DNA of 63,333 nucleotides, the filler included, from Dirinaria sp. TL-2023a (lineage: Eukaryota): assembly GCA_051941275.1 (NCBI GenBank). It is 6 parts of 6 records of this genome, joined end to end, with 100 filler letters (N's around TTAATTAATTAA, not from the genome) between each part and the next. Parts side by side here need not be neighbours in the genome. Positions count along the whole stretch, not along the records: positions 31,741 to 42,206 come from JAVEBF010000936.1; positions 42,307 to 52,770 come from JAVEBF010000937.1; 4 more parts are not named here. One strand, given 5' to 3'. The notes under the pieces are model-generated. The model worked only from the letters and a program-made list of their open reading frames with translations, searched no databases and was not told the origin of the DNA. Positions 39,405 to 51,195 of the stretch are shown one piece after another (position 1 is the stretch's first letter; each line of letters opens with the position of its first letter). The translations under genes were made by a program, and so were the position numbers.

Positions 39405-40613
39405 GGTGAGTGAGCGCTTGCGCTTTGCAATCAAGGAAAGTACTTGTAATCAAAGGTAGGATGGCAGCTACCTTGAGCTTTCAAATGGGCGGTCATGTGC
39501 GCAAGGAAAAGTGAAGTCGTAATAAGGAAAGCATCTCCACATTCTCAAGCCACGTGGAAATTGCGTTACACGCAGAAGTCGCAATGGACAGCTTTAAGCT
39601 CGAACAAACACACAAGAAGCTCACGTTAAAGAAGAAGCCAAAAACACTAATTCAACTACAAGCAACACCGGCCGAGTGTCTGCATGCGGTGTCAAAACCT
39701 TTGTGAGAAGTACAATGAGCGCAAGGTAAGGACGTTGCCGGAGATCCGAAGGTCTTGCATCCCACATTTTCACAGCCTTACAGAGCCACGCGAATTGACT
39801 ACAGCGAGATCTTCTCGAAAATTCCAGTGCGTTACCGAATCTCTGAGTAAGGTAGATGATATGCAACTCTCACAACCCTTCCGCGCTTGCATTCGCAGCG
39901 AGGAGCTCCGCCAGACCGCAGGTTGGACAAGTTCCCAGTCGCTGGGGTAAAGAGCCATGGAAAAGCTCTTCATTGTTCGAAGCCGCTGCAAGCAGAAACT
40001 TGTGGCAAGCAGACTGACCAGCTAGTAGGAAACTATGAATTTGAATGCGCTGTCAGCACACGGCGCGAACTTACATAACCCATGAACTAGTTAGCGTGTT
40101 GACATCTCGAACATATCTGACGGGAGACAGCAGCTCTGTGGCCTGGCAGCTGGGATAAAGCATGGTTCACGTGGCGATCTCATATCCATCTCAGATCTTT
40201 TCAGATCACTTCCAGATCTCGAGAAATGATTGCACCGGCTGATAACAATCTGTGCTGATGAGCATAGAACGCTCGAATGTAATCCTACCAAGGAAGCACG
40301 CAAGGGTGAGGGTACGCATTATGAGTGGTCACCTTTGGCCGGCCTTGCGCAGCGTGGGAATGTAGACTCATGACAGTAAATGACGTACTCTTGCAGGCCA
40401 CTATGCAAGTTTTGAGTCTGGCAGTCGTCTTTCTCAGTGTCCAAGTGGCAGAGATATCACCAGAATACTGCGAAGCCGAGAAGAAGAGGTCAATGCTAGT
40501 ACCTTACCTGACCTCTACCCCGATTCAGGATCTACGGGCCGATATCCCGATATCCGGCTTATTTCCATCTCTATCCACAGCTTCCCAAGCCTTTCTCTTG
40601 AGAGGCATGGACG

Positions 40614-41606
40614 ATGAACACTGCTTTGAGAGGCATTGGAACTGCCTATACGCGTGCACGGCTTCGAAATAGAGCATTACCTACTGGGTTCAAACGTACG
40701 TTCCATGCTACGCCCCAACGACGATTCATCGCAGAATGTATCGACCAAACCCAAGGTCTTATTGTAGGCCTCCACAGCGTAAGCGGCCTATCTTGGGCAG
40801 CCACGCTACCTCTCACCGCCGTCCTCATTCGCCTCGGACTCCTAGGACCTTTGGCGACCTATGCCCACGTCAAAGCCAACCAACGGCGTGAACTCCAACC
40901 TCTCATGTACGCCTGGCAGCATGCGATCCGTAAAAAAATATTCAAGAAATACAGCGCACGAGGTCCGGCAGAGTGTCACAAGTTGGCATCCAAGCAACTC
41001 TACGCGAAAGGCAGGCAGATAAGGAAAGAGATGGGCGTGCAATTATGGAAGTCTTCGCTATCGTGGTTACAGCTTCCGGTATTCTTGGTGGCTATCGAAA
41101 GCATCAGGAAGCTGTGCGGCACACATGGTGGTTTACTTACATTGATGATGGAACGCCCCGCGGAAACGGCGAGTAGAGATGAGATGCTTCGAGATGTGGG
41201 GAATAGCGCAAGCTATGAATTGAAGGAGTCGCTTGCACATGAGGGAGCTTTGTGGTTCCCAGACCTCACCGTTTCTGACCCGATGCTCATTATGCCCTTC
41301 ATGCTTTCCGGGTGCCTCTTCGCCAACATTATATTCCACGAGAGAAGGGCGACAGCAACCGGGATCGTACCGGGGAAATGGCAACTGCGGTTGCAGCGCA
41401 CGATGAAAATTATTGCCCTTGCTATCGGACCAGCTACGCTCGGAGTACCTAGTGCGATGCTGATATATTGGATCACTAGCTCTTTGTGTGCTCTTGGGCA
41501 GAATATTTTCTTGCAATGGTATATACCCGGGAAGCCATTGGTCACGCCATGTAAACCTAGAGGTCCGGATTCGTTCTCGGGTAACTCTCTGGCCTCAAGA
41601 ACATGA
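40614..41606 (+). CDS. COX18: Mitochondrial inner membrane insertase, Oxa1/YidC family (Cox18-like)
   Basis: Arg-rich presequence; GLHSVSGLSWAATLPLTAVLIR, LQLPVFL..IESIRKLCG, EGALWFPDLT..DPMLIMPF, PSAMLIYWITSS. It lacks the long basic C-tail of Oxa1. Confidence 0.85.
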   Translation: MNTALRGIGTAYTRARLRNRALPTGFKRTFHATPQRRFIAECIDQTQGLIVGLHSVSGLSWAATLPLTAVLIRLGLLGPLATYAHVKANQRRELQPLMYAWQHAIRKKIFKKYSARGPAECHKLASKQLYAKGRQIRKEMGVQLWKSSLSWLQLPVFLVAIESIRKLCGTHGGLLTLMMERPAETASRDEMLRDVGNSASYELKESLAHEGALWFPDLTVSDPMLIMPFMLSGCLFANIIFHERRATATGIVPGKWQLRLQRTMKIIALAIGPATLGVPSAMLIYWITSSLCALGQNIFLQWYIPGKPLVTPCKPRGPDSFSGNSLASRT

Positions 41607-42206
41607 ATGATACGCGGTTTATACCTCGGAGCCTCATTGATTGCAGACACTTTCTATTATATGCAGCATGATAATCGTTACAGGCAGAATACAACAACCT
41701 TAGTACCGGTCGGAAGCCGATCCACACCCTTCGCTTGTGTCATGTCAGCAAGCCAGAAGTGTCTCCATCTCTACTGTCTAAACTCTCATAAACGCTGCTC
41801 GCTTCAATCATAGACCTCCAAAACAATCGTCATATTTAGCCTGTATCTAACATATCCACACACCGCGCTCTCACACTTGACGCCTCCTTTCCAGACCAAG
41901 ACTACCTTATCCGCTATCACATCCTCTACGTAAGGTATCTCCGTAGCATAAGTAATCTAGAAATTTGCCTTTTAAGCTGTGATAAAATGCGCGGTGCTAA
42001 AACTAAGTAGGGTGGGGCTTAGAATAATAATAAATAATAATAATGGAACTGTAGTCGGGTTTTTAAAAAGTATATATATATATATATTCTATTTAGATCA
42101 AATATCAGCGGTTACCACGTACCTAGACAGTGATGATGTAGCGATAAAAAAAGTCTACGAATAACTATCGAGTTCGATGGTTCTCTCTCACACCCACTTA
42201 ATACGG

Positions 42207-42306
42207 NNNNNNNNNNNNNNNNNNNNNNNNNNNNNNNNNNNNNNNNNNNNTTAATTAATTAANNNNNNNNNNNNNNNNNNNNNNNNNNNNNNNNNNNNNN
42301 NNNNNN
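42207..42306. other. Artificial contig linker
   Basis: 44N + TTAATTAATTAA + 44N. Confidence 0.98.
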
Positions 42307-42985
42307 GTGATGGATGTGTTTAATAAAATCTCTTTTCTTCTTTTTTCTTTGTCAAATCCTTCATTTTAGATTGTTCGTTTCGAAGATCATAATCTCTCTT
42401 TTATCTGATATATCTTTTTTCAAAGTCGTTATTCTCCTATCATCTCCACATTATCTCACCACCAATCCAACAATCCTCTACGAGAGTCTCAAAACACTAA
42501 TCACTACCAGCCATTTCTCAACCCTCAAGATTCATCCATCCATCCATCATCCAGTCAGTTCGTCAGTTCGTCAGTTCATTACATTCAGTCAGCCAGCCAG
42601 TTATTAAATTCAATTTACATTACATCAACGCACTTGTTATCACTTATTTGCATGAACGGCTCGAACGAACGGCTCGAACGGACGGAATGAATGAAGGTTC
42701 TTGTTTATTAGATAGAATGATTTTTTGGGGAGGGGGGAGAAAATCGCGCAAGCGACGGGCCAAAGTCTCAGTTATCTAAAAACCCTGAATCTGGCACCCT
42801 GCCGTTATGGATAGGATAGCACGGGATGTCAAATTTGCAATTCAGACCTCTCTTCAAGCTATGGTCACTATTATGCCAAAGATGTGCGTAAATCAATCTA
42901 ACGCCTAAGCCAGTGATGAGGCCGCGGTGCTCACCCTTCCTATCTAACATTATGCTTACTAGGATAGAGAGCTGCGGTTCTTGCG

Positions 42986-44456
42986 TCACAGTTCCTCATC
43001 AGAATCGCTATCAGCTGACTCTTCCTCGTCCTCGCTGTCGTCGTCAAACTCGCCGGATCTGAGTTTCTCAAGGATATGCTCGATAGCAACCGTCACGCCT
43101 GTATTTGCTATCGTTTCGTCGCTCGCGTAGTCATCAATTTCTTTTCCGTTGGCGAGAATATCATCGTATTCATGACCCAGCTCTTCCACGAAGCCAAGGA
43201 GCTGATTGCGGTATATGTAGGATCCGGCTGATGCCCAAATTGGCCTCCTCACTTCGCGCCTTGCCACTGAGGAGGTGTAGTTGTGTGAACTGTGCTCTGA
43301 TCCTGATACCTTTCTGGTGTATGACAAGTTGAGCATTGCTTCAATGTAAGCCCAGTACACGTAACGCGCACGAGGTCGAAAGCCGGTGCGGAAGTCCACT
43401 CTTCTGCCATTGATAGAGTTCCAGGGGTTCGGGTTATGCGGACTCAGTGGTTCCTTCATTTCCTTTGACTCGGGCTTCAGAACTCGAATCTTGTACTCTT
43501 TGAGGTTGCTGTTCTACCACTGCGCCATCTCTGTTTGGGACGCATCATCGGGAATATCAGGCACCATGACGAAACAAGACTTGCTATGCCTCTCTTCAGC
43601 CATAGCTGACCACCAGATGCCATTAGCGGGCCTATGGCTCAAGTGAGTTCTCTGCCATCGAGAACACCGCTCGGCTTGCTTACTCTAAAAAGTTCGCTCT
43701 TGCCTTTAGTGGCATCTTTCCAGTCTCGATCCAGTTCAGCAGGTCCAAAGATCTCTCGCATGTGTCTGTCTCCAGACCTCGATGGGAAGAGGTGACCTTT
43801 TAGCATTGAGCATTCGGTGTCATTCCGAGCCACGGGAACCTTACTCACCTGTGATCATGCTGCTTTCATGGAAGAAATCTCGTACAATTGGGCACCACCA
43901 TAGTGCTTCTATGTTTGGGTGTTTGAAACCCATTTCTACTCTCAATTCGTCCTTCATGTTTTGTCGTAGTTTTCTGGGACGCATCGGATAGTTGATGTCT
44001 AACTTCATACCCAGACTCGATCCCATAAAAGTGAGGGTATAAAGCGCTCTACTTTGTCTCTCAGGATCGTCGGCGGATCTACTGATCTTTTCGATTTGGG
44101 CATCAAGCAACTTGACCTTCTTTTTCAAAGCAGATTCTTTGAGAATCAACTGCTCGCTTGACGCATTCTTGCTCTCCCACTTAGCTTGCGCGTTCGGTGC
44201 TTCGTCGTCCAGTCCCATGTTCATCATCGACACTGTTCTCTCGATTTGTACTTGTTCGAACTGACTGTGTTCCCACCGACGAAGGTCCGACCAGAAATCC
44301 GCATCAGTTACTTGCGCGTACTTTTATCTTCTTCAGCTTTTCCAGGCCAGCCTGCTCAAGTTTTCGCTTGTTCGACTGAAGACTTGAAAGTCGCTCAGGA
44401 ATCTCGGGGTATCTTGAAGTCATATTTGCCCCTGAAGCTGGATAGAGGGAAGACAT
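42986..44456 (-). pseudogene. Disrupted fungal HNH (HNH_2-type) endonuclease-domain gene
   Basis: Fragments WCPI...G|HLFP...MREIFG...ELF...NGIWWS..AEE...FVMVPD...EYKIRVL...FRPRARYVYW. In-frame TAG at 43514-43516; apparent frameshift near 44310 just before DADFW. Confidence 0.72.
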
Positions 44457-45800
44457 TGGAGGAAACGGTTATGAAGTTCACTACGAAGCCTTTAAAGCTG
44501 CAGCGATCGTCGAGCTGAATGACTCATGGAGGAAGAGAGATTTTGAGAGCGCGTGACTCAGGTGGCTGAGAGGGGTCCAGGTGAGTTTACCAACTAAATT
44601 TCAGTTGACCACGTGCGATGTTGGCGTTGTAAATGGCCAGCCAGGCTCGCGGTTTGCAAGACAATGCGGACACTATCCCAGATAAGGTGCACGCTGCACA
44701 CCCCGTCAAATTTATGCGTAGAAGATTAGTTATATAATATATAATATAGATGCTATGATGAAAAGAGCCCTTCGGAGGTTCCTTCAGGAGTCCCTTCGAG
44801 GTCATATTTGTTTGCCTATACTTGTGGGTTTTTAGCCGGCAGTTGTCTGTTATTTGCATCATCAAGAATGAAGCATTAAGCATATAACCTGAGAACATCT
44901 TTGAAGTTGAGTCGTAACTGAAGTGTGCGAGGGGCGTACTTTGTTGAACTTTTGTTGAGAAAGTATACCGAATAGTTACTAGCGTCAAGGAGACTAGGCT
45001 ATAGCCTTAATAATGTGTCATAGATGATTGTGTACGTATCATATCGACGTTGGGCATGGAAGACCTGAAGTAACACAAAACGATGAATGTGAAATGAGAT
45101 AAAGGCTGGAGAGCGTATACAATATTTGTCCGAATCTTCCTGCAAACACCATACCTTACCTAAGTCCTGGCTACCGCCCTCTACGCCAAGACTGTGCGGT
45201 GCAGGTGACTACAGTTGTACCTTGGTGAGGATAGCTGGGTCCTAGGTGGCAAGTTGGCGCGTCCAGGTGAAACTCTCGGGTGGTCTCCAGTGCGACATCC
45301 CAGTTGACCACACTAACGAAATCGGCCACGCTAGCACAGGACTTATGGTGTGGTCCTCCGTACCTTACAGCACTCCTTGTTCTTGAACCTATGGGACTGC
45401 CTTTGAGATTTCAAAGCATTAATTGTTCCCCCTTTGAAATCCGACAGAAATTCAAGGGAATCTGATTTAGGTTAGCATTGGAGGACTTTGCAGCGTCCAT
45501 TGTTTTCGACTCTTGCTTGGGACTGCTTTTGACACTTGACAGCATTGAATTTCTCTCTTTTTGCAACCCAATAGGTAAGGTAGAGATTTTACCTAGGCTC
45601 CCACTGCCGCCACACCACCCTACTCTACTGGCACACCACCATTTCTCACTATCTGCTTCTCATTCTCGCGTTATAATGCATTCGATCTCTTTGATGTCTC
45701 GAGCTTAAGTCTATCGATCTCTCTTGCTCGAACAGAGTGCGAATCTCAAGCAACGATTATTTCACGAGATGATGACGAAATGATTCATCACAAACTTGTC

Positions 45801-45971
45801 GTCGTCAAATAGACAAATCGTTAAAGCAGATTGAAGATGTTACGAAAAAGATTTTTTGAGAGAGAGACATTGATAGATTTCATCACGAACGTGCCATCGT
45901 CAAATAGGCAAATCGTTAAAGCAGATTGAGGGTGTTAGAAAAAGAAAGTTTTTTGAGAGGCATTGATAGAT
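45801..45971 (+). repeat. Imperfect ~75-bp direct repeat (2 copies)
   Basis: tcgtcaaatag.caaatcgttaaagcagattga...ttttttgagag...cattgatagat at ~45801 and ~45897. Confidence 0.8.
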
Positions 45972-46552
45972 GAAAAACAATAAAGTAAGTGGGGAGGACG
46001 GCGTGGGCAGGAAAATTGTTACTTAACCCCAGACTAAGCTAGCGCATGACCGCTCGCAGCATTTGTTATGGGAGCCGACCAAAAGGTACCAAAATTTGGG
46101 GAAAAGAAGATGAAGTTTTATTCCTGCCCAAAACTATCTAATATGCTATATGAACTAGTTACATGCGAAAGAAAGGGCAGTCACCAGGGACGGAAGTCCC
46201 GGGTCCATGGACCCTGGTCCTACAAATATGGTCCTGGTCCTATGACTATAGTCCTTAGTGCCATAATACCCATGATACCATAACAGCATTCCCTTAATCG
46301 AGCCAGCGCCTTGTTACCTCACATTTTATCATATTACCTAGGGCTTACAAAAGAGCCTCATCAGCCGTGATTATTGAAGGTGTGTTTTGGGTTCGCATAG
46401 GTTTGCATCATGGACGATGATTTCGTTAATATATACGTTGGTGCCCGACTAGCATGTACAAGCAACCTCGTCCTCAATTTCGCCGCTTGAAAGGAGGTCA
46501 TACGATTGATCGTATACCCATAGTCCTAGCGCAGCCGAGTGCATTAGCCTTC

Positions 46553-47233
46553 TCAGGAAGTTGCAGTGTTTGCGAAAGTATGGTTTCCAATTGCAAAGTC
46601 CGCTTCAGTGCTCTGATTTCCAGCTCTTGAGAGGAGACTCTTATTGTAACCGTACACTCTCACGCGCCAACTTCCGCCGATTCCAACGGGTATCCTGCCA
46701 CCCCCGCTTGGGCTACCGCAGCCATCTGCGTCCATGATCTGCTGAGCCGCGGCCTTCACTTGTGCCCATGAAAACCAGTCAGACTCTTCACGGTCCAGTG
46801 CGTCCACACAAATTGCACAGTCATTGCTGGGTGGGTCATCGTTGACGAAGATGTAAGGCGGTTTTCCGCTAAACGGGGGTAGCTGCCGTATCTTGGGTCT
46901 CACACCCTCTCGAAACTCTTGGACATCGTAGAATTTAGGGAACCGCCTGATTTCTCCTTGCCAGATTGTCTTGCATATCTCGAAAGTCGTTTCGACGGGC
47001 GTGATCCTAGGTGATTCGCGGTAACATTCAATTTCATTTGAGCCTGCTGTGGTCGAGCGTTTTCGAGAAGCACTTGTGAGAGGGGTGAGAGGGGAGGAAT
47101 TGTTTATATGCAGCCACGTCTGGGCTTTAGGTGTTCCTAACAGGTGGTGCAGTGGGGAGGCACATGCATTTGCCGCGAAAAAGAGGAAGGCGAGAAGGAG
47201 AGGAGGAGAAACCGTGACGTCCACGCATTTCAT
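46553..47233 (-). CDS. Small secreted cysteine-containing protein (effector-like), 226 aa, intronless
   Basis: Hydrophobic signal LLLAFLFFAANACA; Kex2-like RKR; then a domain with CYRES, C, DCAICVD...DWFSWAQVKAAAQQIM...C...GGRIPVGIGGSWRVRV. Confidence 0.8.
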   Translation of the reverse strand: MKCVDVTVSPPLLLAFLFFAANACASPLHHLLGTPKAQTWLHINNSSPLTPLTSASRKRSTTAGSNEIECYRESPRITPVETTFEICKTIWQGEIRRFPKFYDVQEFREGVRPKIRQLPPFSGKPPYIFVNDDPPSNDCAICVDALDREESDWFSWAQVKAAAQQIMDADGCGSPSGGGRIPVGIGGSWRVRVYGYNKSLLSRAGNQSTEADFAIGNHTFANTATS

Positions 47234-47905
47234 CGCGACTTTTTAAGACAATGAGATCCTCTGACTTAACACATATTGAATCTTGATCATGAACCGGCAG
47301 GTTTAAGAAAGGCCGCCCAAGTGTTGGATGCGAGCCGCGCATATCGCATGAATCGTATGTACTCATTGACGAGCGCTTAGAGAGTCATGTCATACCCCAT
47401 ATTCCCCATCGCCCGTCAGGTCTTTCCCCGAAAACCAGAGGCGGCTAACGAGCGAAATTTTTGAAGTCTTTGACTGCATGCTAGCGAGTTTATCGACGAG
47501 GACCCTGCAGGGAAAAGTCTGTGCACAGTATGAGATGTACAGGAAATGTGTCTGCGTGTATCTATAGATTGTGCGCTGAGGAACTTGATCAGGTGTGTAG
47601 AGGATGGGAAGATCCTGCCCAATTGGATAGCAAGCGGATTTGGCAGCAGAGACATTGCCTGATTGCCGGGCCCAGGATGTGGATGCTTCCATTCGTTCCA
47701 AATCCGCGCAGAGCCAGGACTATCGAGGTTATAGAGTATCTGATCGTGCTCGAACGGTTTGAGTTTTTCACTACATGAGGTAGTCCATACGTACTACTAT
47801 GCCCACTTACTGTAGAGCGGTAGTAGGTATGTGACTGCCTCGACTGCGTTCTGATATGGGCACGTCCAGCGCTCGGACGTTAGCGCTTCCTTTTTACCCT
47901 ATTTA

Positions 47906-48933
47906 CGGTCGACCAAACCTATTTTGCGGCAAAAAATCAAAAACTCAAAATCCAAAATCCAAAATCCAAAATTGAAAACCTCACCTCACTTTTACATCTT
48001 TCTTTTCGCACAACCACAACATCATCTGTCATAATACTTGTCATAATGCTTGTAATACTGTCTGCTATATTGTCTGCGATACTCGTTTTCATCTATTTAT
48101 CTCACTTCTCAGGGTGAAAAAATTAGGGTTAGATCACAAAAATCGTACAACCCTGACATAATCTTTTATCTCAAGTTAAGATAAGAAATGAAAATCAACA
48201 CAGTATGACAGTCACTATGGCAGTCACTATGACAGACAGTAAGGTGAGTAGTAAGGTGTTTCGCATGCTTTTTTCCCATGCTTTTTTCCCATGCTTTTTC
48301 CCATGATAGGCAGTTAGGTAGGTAGTTAGGTAGGCAGTTAGATAGGCAGTTAGGTAGGCAGTGGGGTAGCTAATTAGGTGGGTAGTTAGTGGGGTAGTTA
48401 GTTAGAGTGTTAGGTGGTTTTAGGTGGGTAGTTAGGTAGGTAATTAGGTGTGTAGTTAGGGGGGTAGTTAGTTAAAGTGTTAGGTGCGTAGTTAGTTGGA
48501 TTGTTAGGTGGTGTTAGGTGAGTAGTTAGTTAGATCGTTAGGTGATTTTAGGTGGGTCGTTAGTTAGATCGTTAGGCGAGTAGTTAGTTAGGTTTTTAGG
48601 TGAGCAGCTAGGTGAGCACTATGGCAGGCAGTCAGGCAGGCACGACAGCAGGCAGAACGATGGGTAGTAAGCTTTTTCGCATGATTTTTTCTATGATTTT
48701 TTCCATGACAGACAGTCAGACAAGCAGTATGACAGACAGTAAGATAAACAGTATGACATGCGACATAATAAACAGTATGACAGACAGTATGACAAGTATT
48801 ATGACACATCATGTTGTGATTGTGTGCAACAAAAGTTGTAAAAATGAAATGAGACTTTCAATTTTCAGTTTTGGATTTTGGATTTGGAATTTTGAGTTTT
48901 GATTTTTTGCCGCAAAATAGGTTTGGTCGCCCG
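47906..48933. mobile_element. Non-autonomous DNA transposon (MITE-like, Tc1/mariner-type ends), 1028 bp
   Basis: Left end TA|CGGTCGACCAAACCTATTTTGCGGCAAAAAATCAAAA matches the reverse complement of right end ...TTTTTTGCCGCAAAATAGGTTTGGTCGCCCG|TA. Imperfect TIR extends ~140 bp; TA flanks both ends; no transposase ORF. Confidence 0.88.
48305..48612 (+). repeat. Low-complexity TAGGT/TAGT/TTAG array inside the MITE
   Basis: Dozens of degenerate ttaggtag/gttaggtg/agttag units, strongly G/T skewed. Confidence 0.85.
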
Positions 48934-49429
48934 TACCTATTGGCCCCTTGTCGCAAAGCTCCACAGTCAGCCATTCCACTTTCACTGGGGCACTCAAGCT
49001 TTACCCAGACGCACCGTGTGGCCATCATATTTTTCAACTTTTTTTTGGAATCCCACGGCATGCTTCGTTGGAGCTCTCTCGAGTCTATCTAGAAGTTGAG
49101 GTTCATTGTGAATAAGCTATCTAGAGTGTGGACGCATCGGTCGGCTCGGCATGGCGTAGGAGCTCTTACCTCTCTGCGAAATCAAATTATCAAATTACTT
49201 ACCTTATGCAACGCCATCCATGTTGGAAAGCGTCCGCAGGGTTACTGAGGTCGCACAGCATGACTGGGCTTCATGGGCGCTGGATGGCCTTGCATACCTG
49301 ACAGTACCTTGGTGGCCACCTTCCCAATACGAATATTTTCAAGGTTGTCTTGTCCCACACTTAATTCCTAATAACAATGAAATCAACGTTTGATGAGTCA
49401 TAAGCTATTCCTGAGCTCTTCTAAGTGTC

Positions 49430-49790
49430 TTTTAGCTAAACTGAAATGAGGTTTTCCTGTGTTACTGTCGGCTTCCTAAGGACAACGGAAACTGATGATG
49501 AACCAGGATCTCCAACCGCTCTATCTTTTAGCTAAGCCGAGCCAAGGATTTTCCATGTCACCGTCAAGTCCATAGGAACAATGAAAGCTGATGATGGGAC
49601 CGTCTAGTCTCCATCCTTTTTGCTTAGCGAAATCGTATTAAGGTTTCTGTGTCACTGCCGAATCCACAAGAACAACGGAAGCTGAAGCTGATAACCAGTC
49701 ATTCTCTTGAGACCTTCTGCTCATTAGCCAGATCGAACGGAAGTTTGCCTGTGTCACTGTCGAGCCCACAGAAACAAAAGACTCTCACCG
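49430..49790 (+). repeat. Degenerate ~96-bp tandem repeat (4 copies)
   Basis: aggtttt..tgt.ac.g.c.....gaacaa.g.aa.ctga core at ~49449, 49545, 49641 and 49741. Confidence 0.6.
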
Positions 49791-51195
49791 CCCCAAGCTT
49801 CTACCATGGAAGCTCATAATACCGACTCAAGATTTGTCACCTGAGGACCCACCGTTACGAATCCTTCGTGGGACTATTCCAAAGGAGGTTTATGCCTTAT
49901 TCCTATCGAGTCTACAGAGATAAAGACATTTGTCAGGACATGCCTCACCAATACCGGTAAGCCAAGGCTAGACCAAAATGAGGTTCTACAGGAGCGCTGT
50001 TCAGTGCACGTTGACAAAGAGCTCATCCTTCCTATAAACCATTCGACAGGTGGAACCGCTAGGAATTGCTTGGGAATTGGATTCTGAGTGCGCCATCGAT
50101 TCCGACTTGTCGATGATTACTGAAGTGTGTCATGGCCGCAAGCTTTGCTTCAAGATTACTAGACCCAGCAAGAATGACAGCAGCTCGCATATCCAATGAG
50201 GAAATCTACGTAAGATATACCGGACGAAACATCAAAAATCCTTTGGGGTCGAGCTCGTAATGTGGAGCATGTATGGAGCACTTCTCCCATAACAATAAAA
50301 AGAGCTCGGTTGCATAAGCCAAGGAAGCACCTCAGAGGAACCAAGCTATTGGTCAGTAGTCTCACACTATTAAATGAGAAAAAGGTAGGCAGGTCGCTGT
50401 ACTTTGAGCTGTGAGCATGTCTACTTCACTCAATCACAGCGTAGGTATGGCACAGCTACAGGGGCGTAATGGGCTGCTGTCAGCATTGGGAACTTCCTGA
50501 GCTCCCGAGCGTTGATAATCCCCAATTATGGTCATTATCCATAACAAGGATCAATTCCTCCTTACAGTACAGCATTATTGGCCATACGTCCTGTTAGGAA
50601 GCCATCCTTACTATGAGCAGAGTAGCTAAATCACGATTTTTCGAAGGGTGGACGCACCTTTCAATCTCCTGTGTCATTTGTAGAAACATATATGGAGGCT
50701 TCCACACTTTGGAGTCAACTAGTCTCACCTCATTGAAGTTTTTGCTACCTTTATCCTCATGATATCGTGCATTGTATCATACCGGTCTCAGGATTTTTGA
50801 GCCAAGGTTTCCTTGACGGTTCTGATTGGCTTATGGAAAATTTTAAGCGCGGAATTCCAGGCTAAACCACGGCACGATCTCCCAATGCGGCCTAGCCTTC
50901 GAGTCGACAATGGAATGAGATGAATTCACCAGCCTGAATCATGACTCCAATTATGAGAACAAAGGATCTGTTCTGATTCACTCTGGTTCCAATAGGTCTC
51001 AATATGGCTGGCTGCCATTTAATGCTCTTCTTCCTCTTTCCTCTGCTGATACTTTCGACAAGTCTACCACCATCTTGACTGCACAATGCAGCCGACCTCT
51101 CCTTCTACCTAGAAAGCACAGAATTCTGTGCTCACTACTTCTAATACATCTAATACTCTCTACTAATTACCCTCTCCGGTTTTAAACCCTTTGTA

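Noticed and set aside
48305..48612. Telomere or interstitial telomeric tract
   Set aside because: Units are degenerate TTAGGT/TAGT rather than tandem TTAGGG, and they lie inside a TIR element.
48588..48902. Cys/His-rich ORF (CHTVCHTV...) resembling a metallothionein or cytochrome c
   Set aside because: It is a translation of the MITE's subterminal short repeats.
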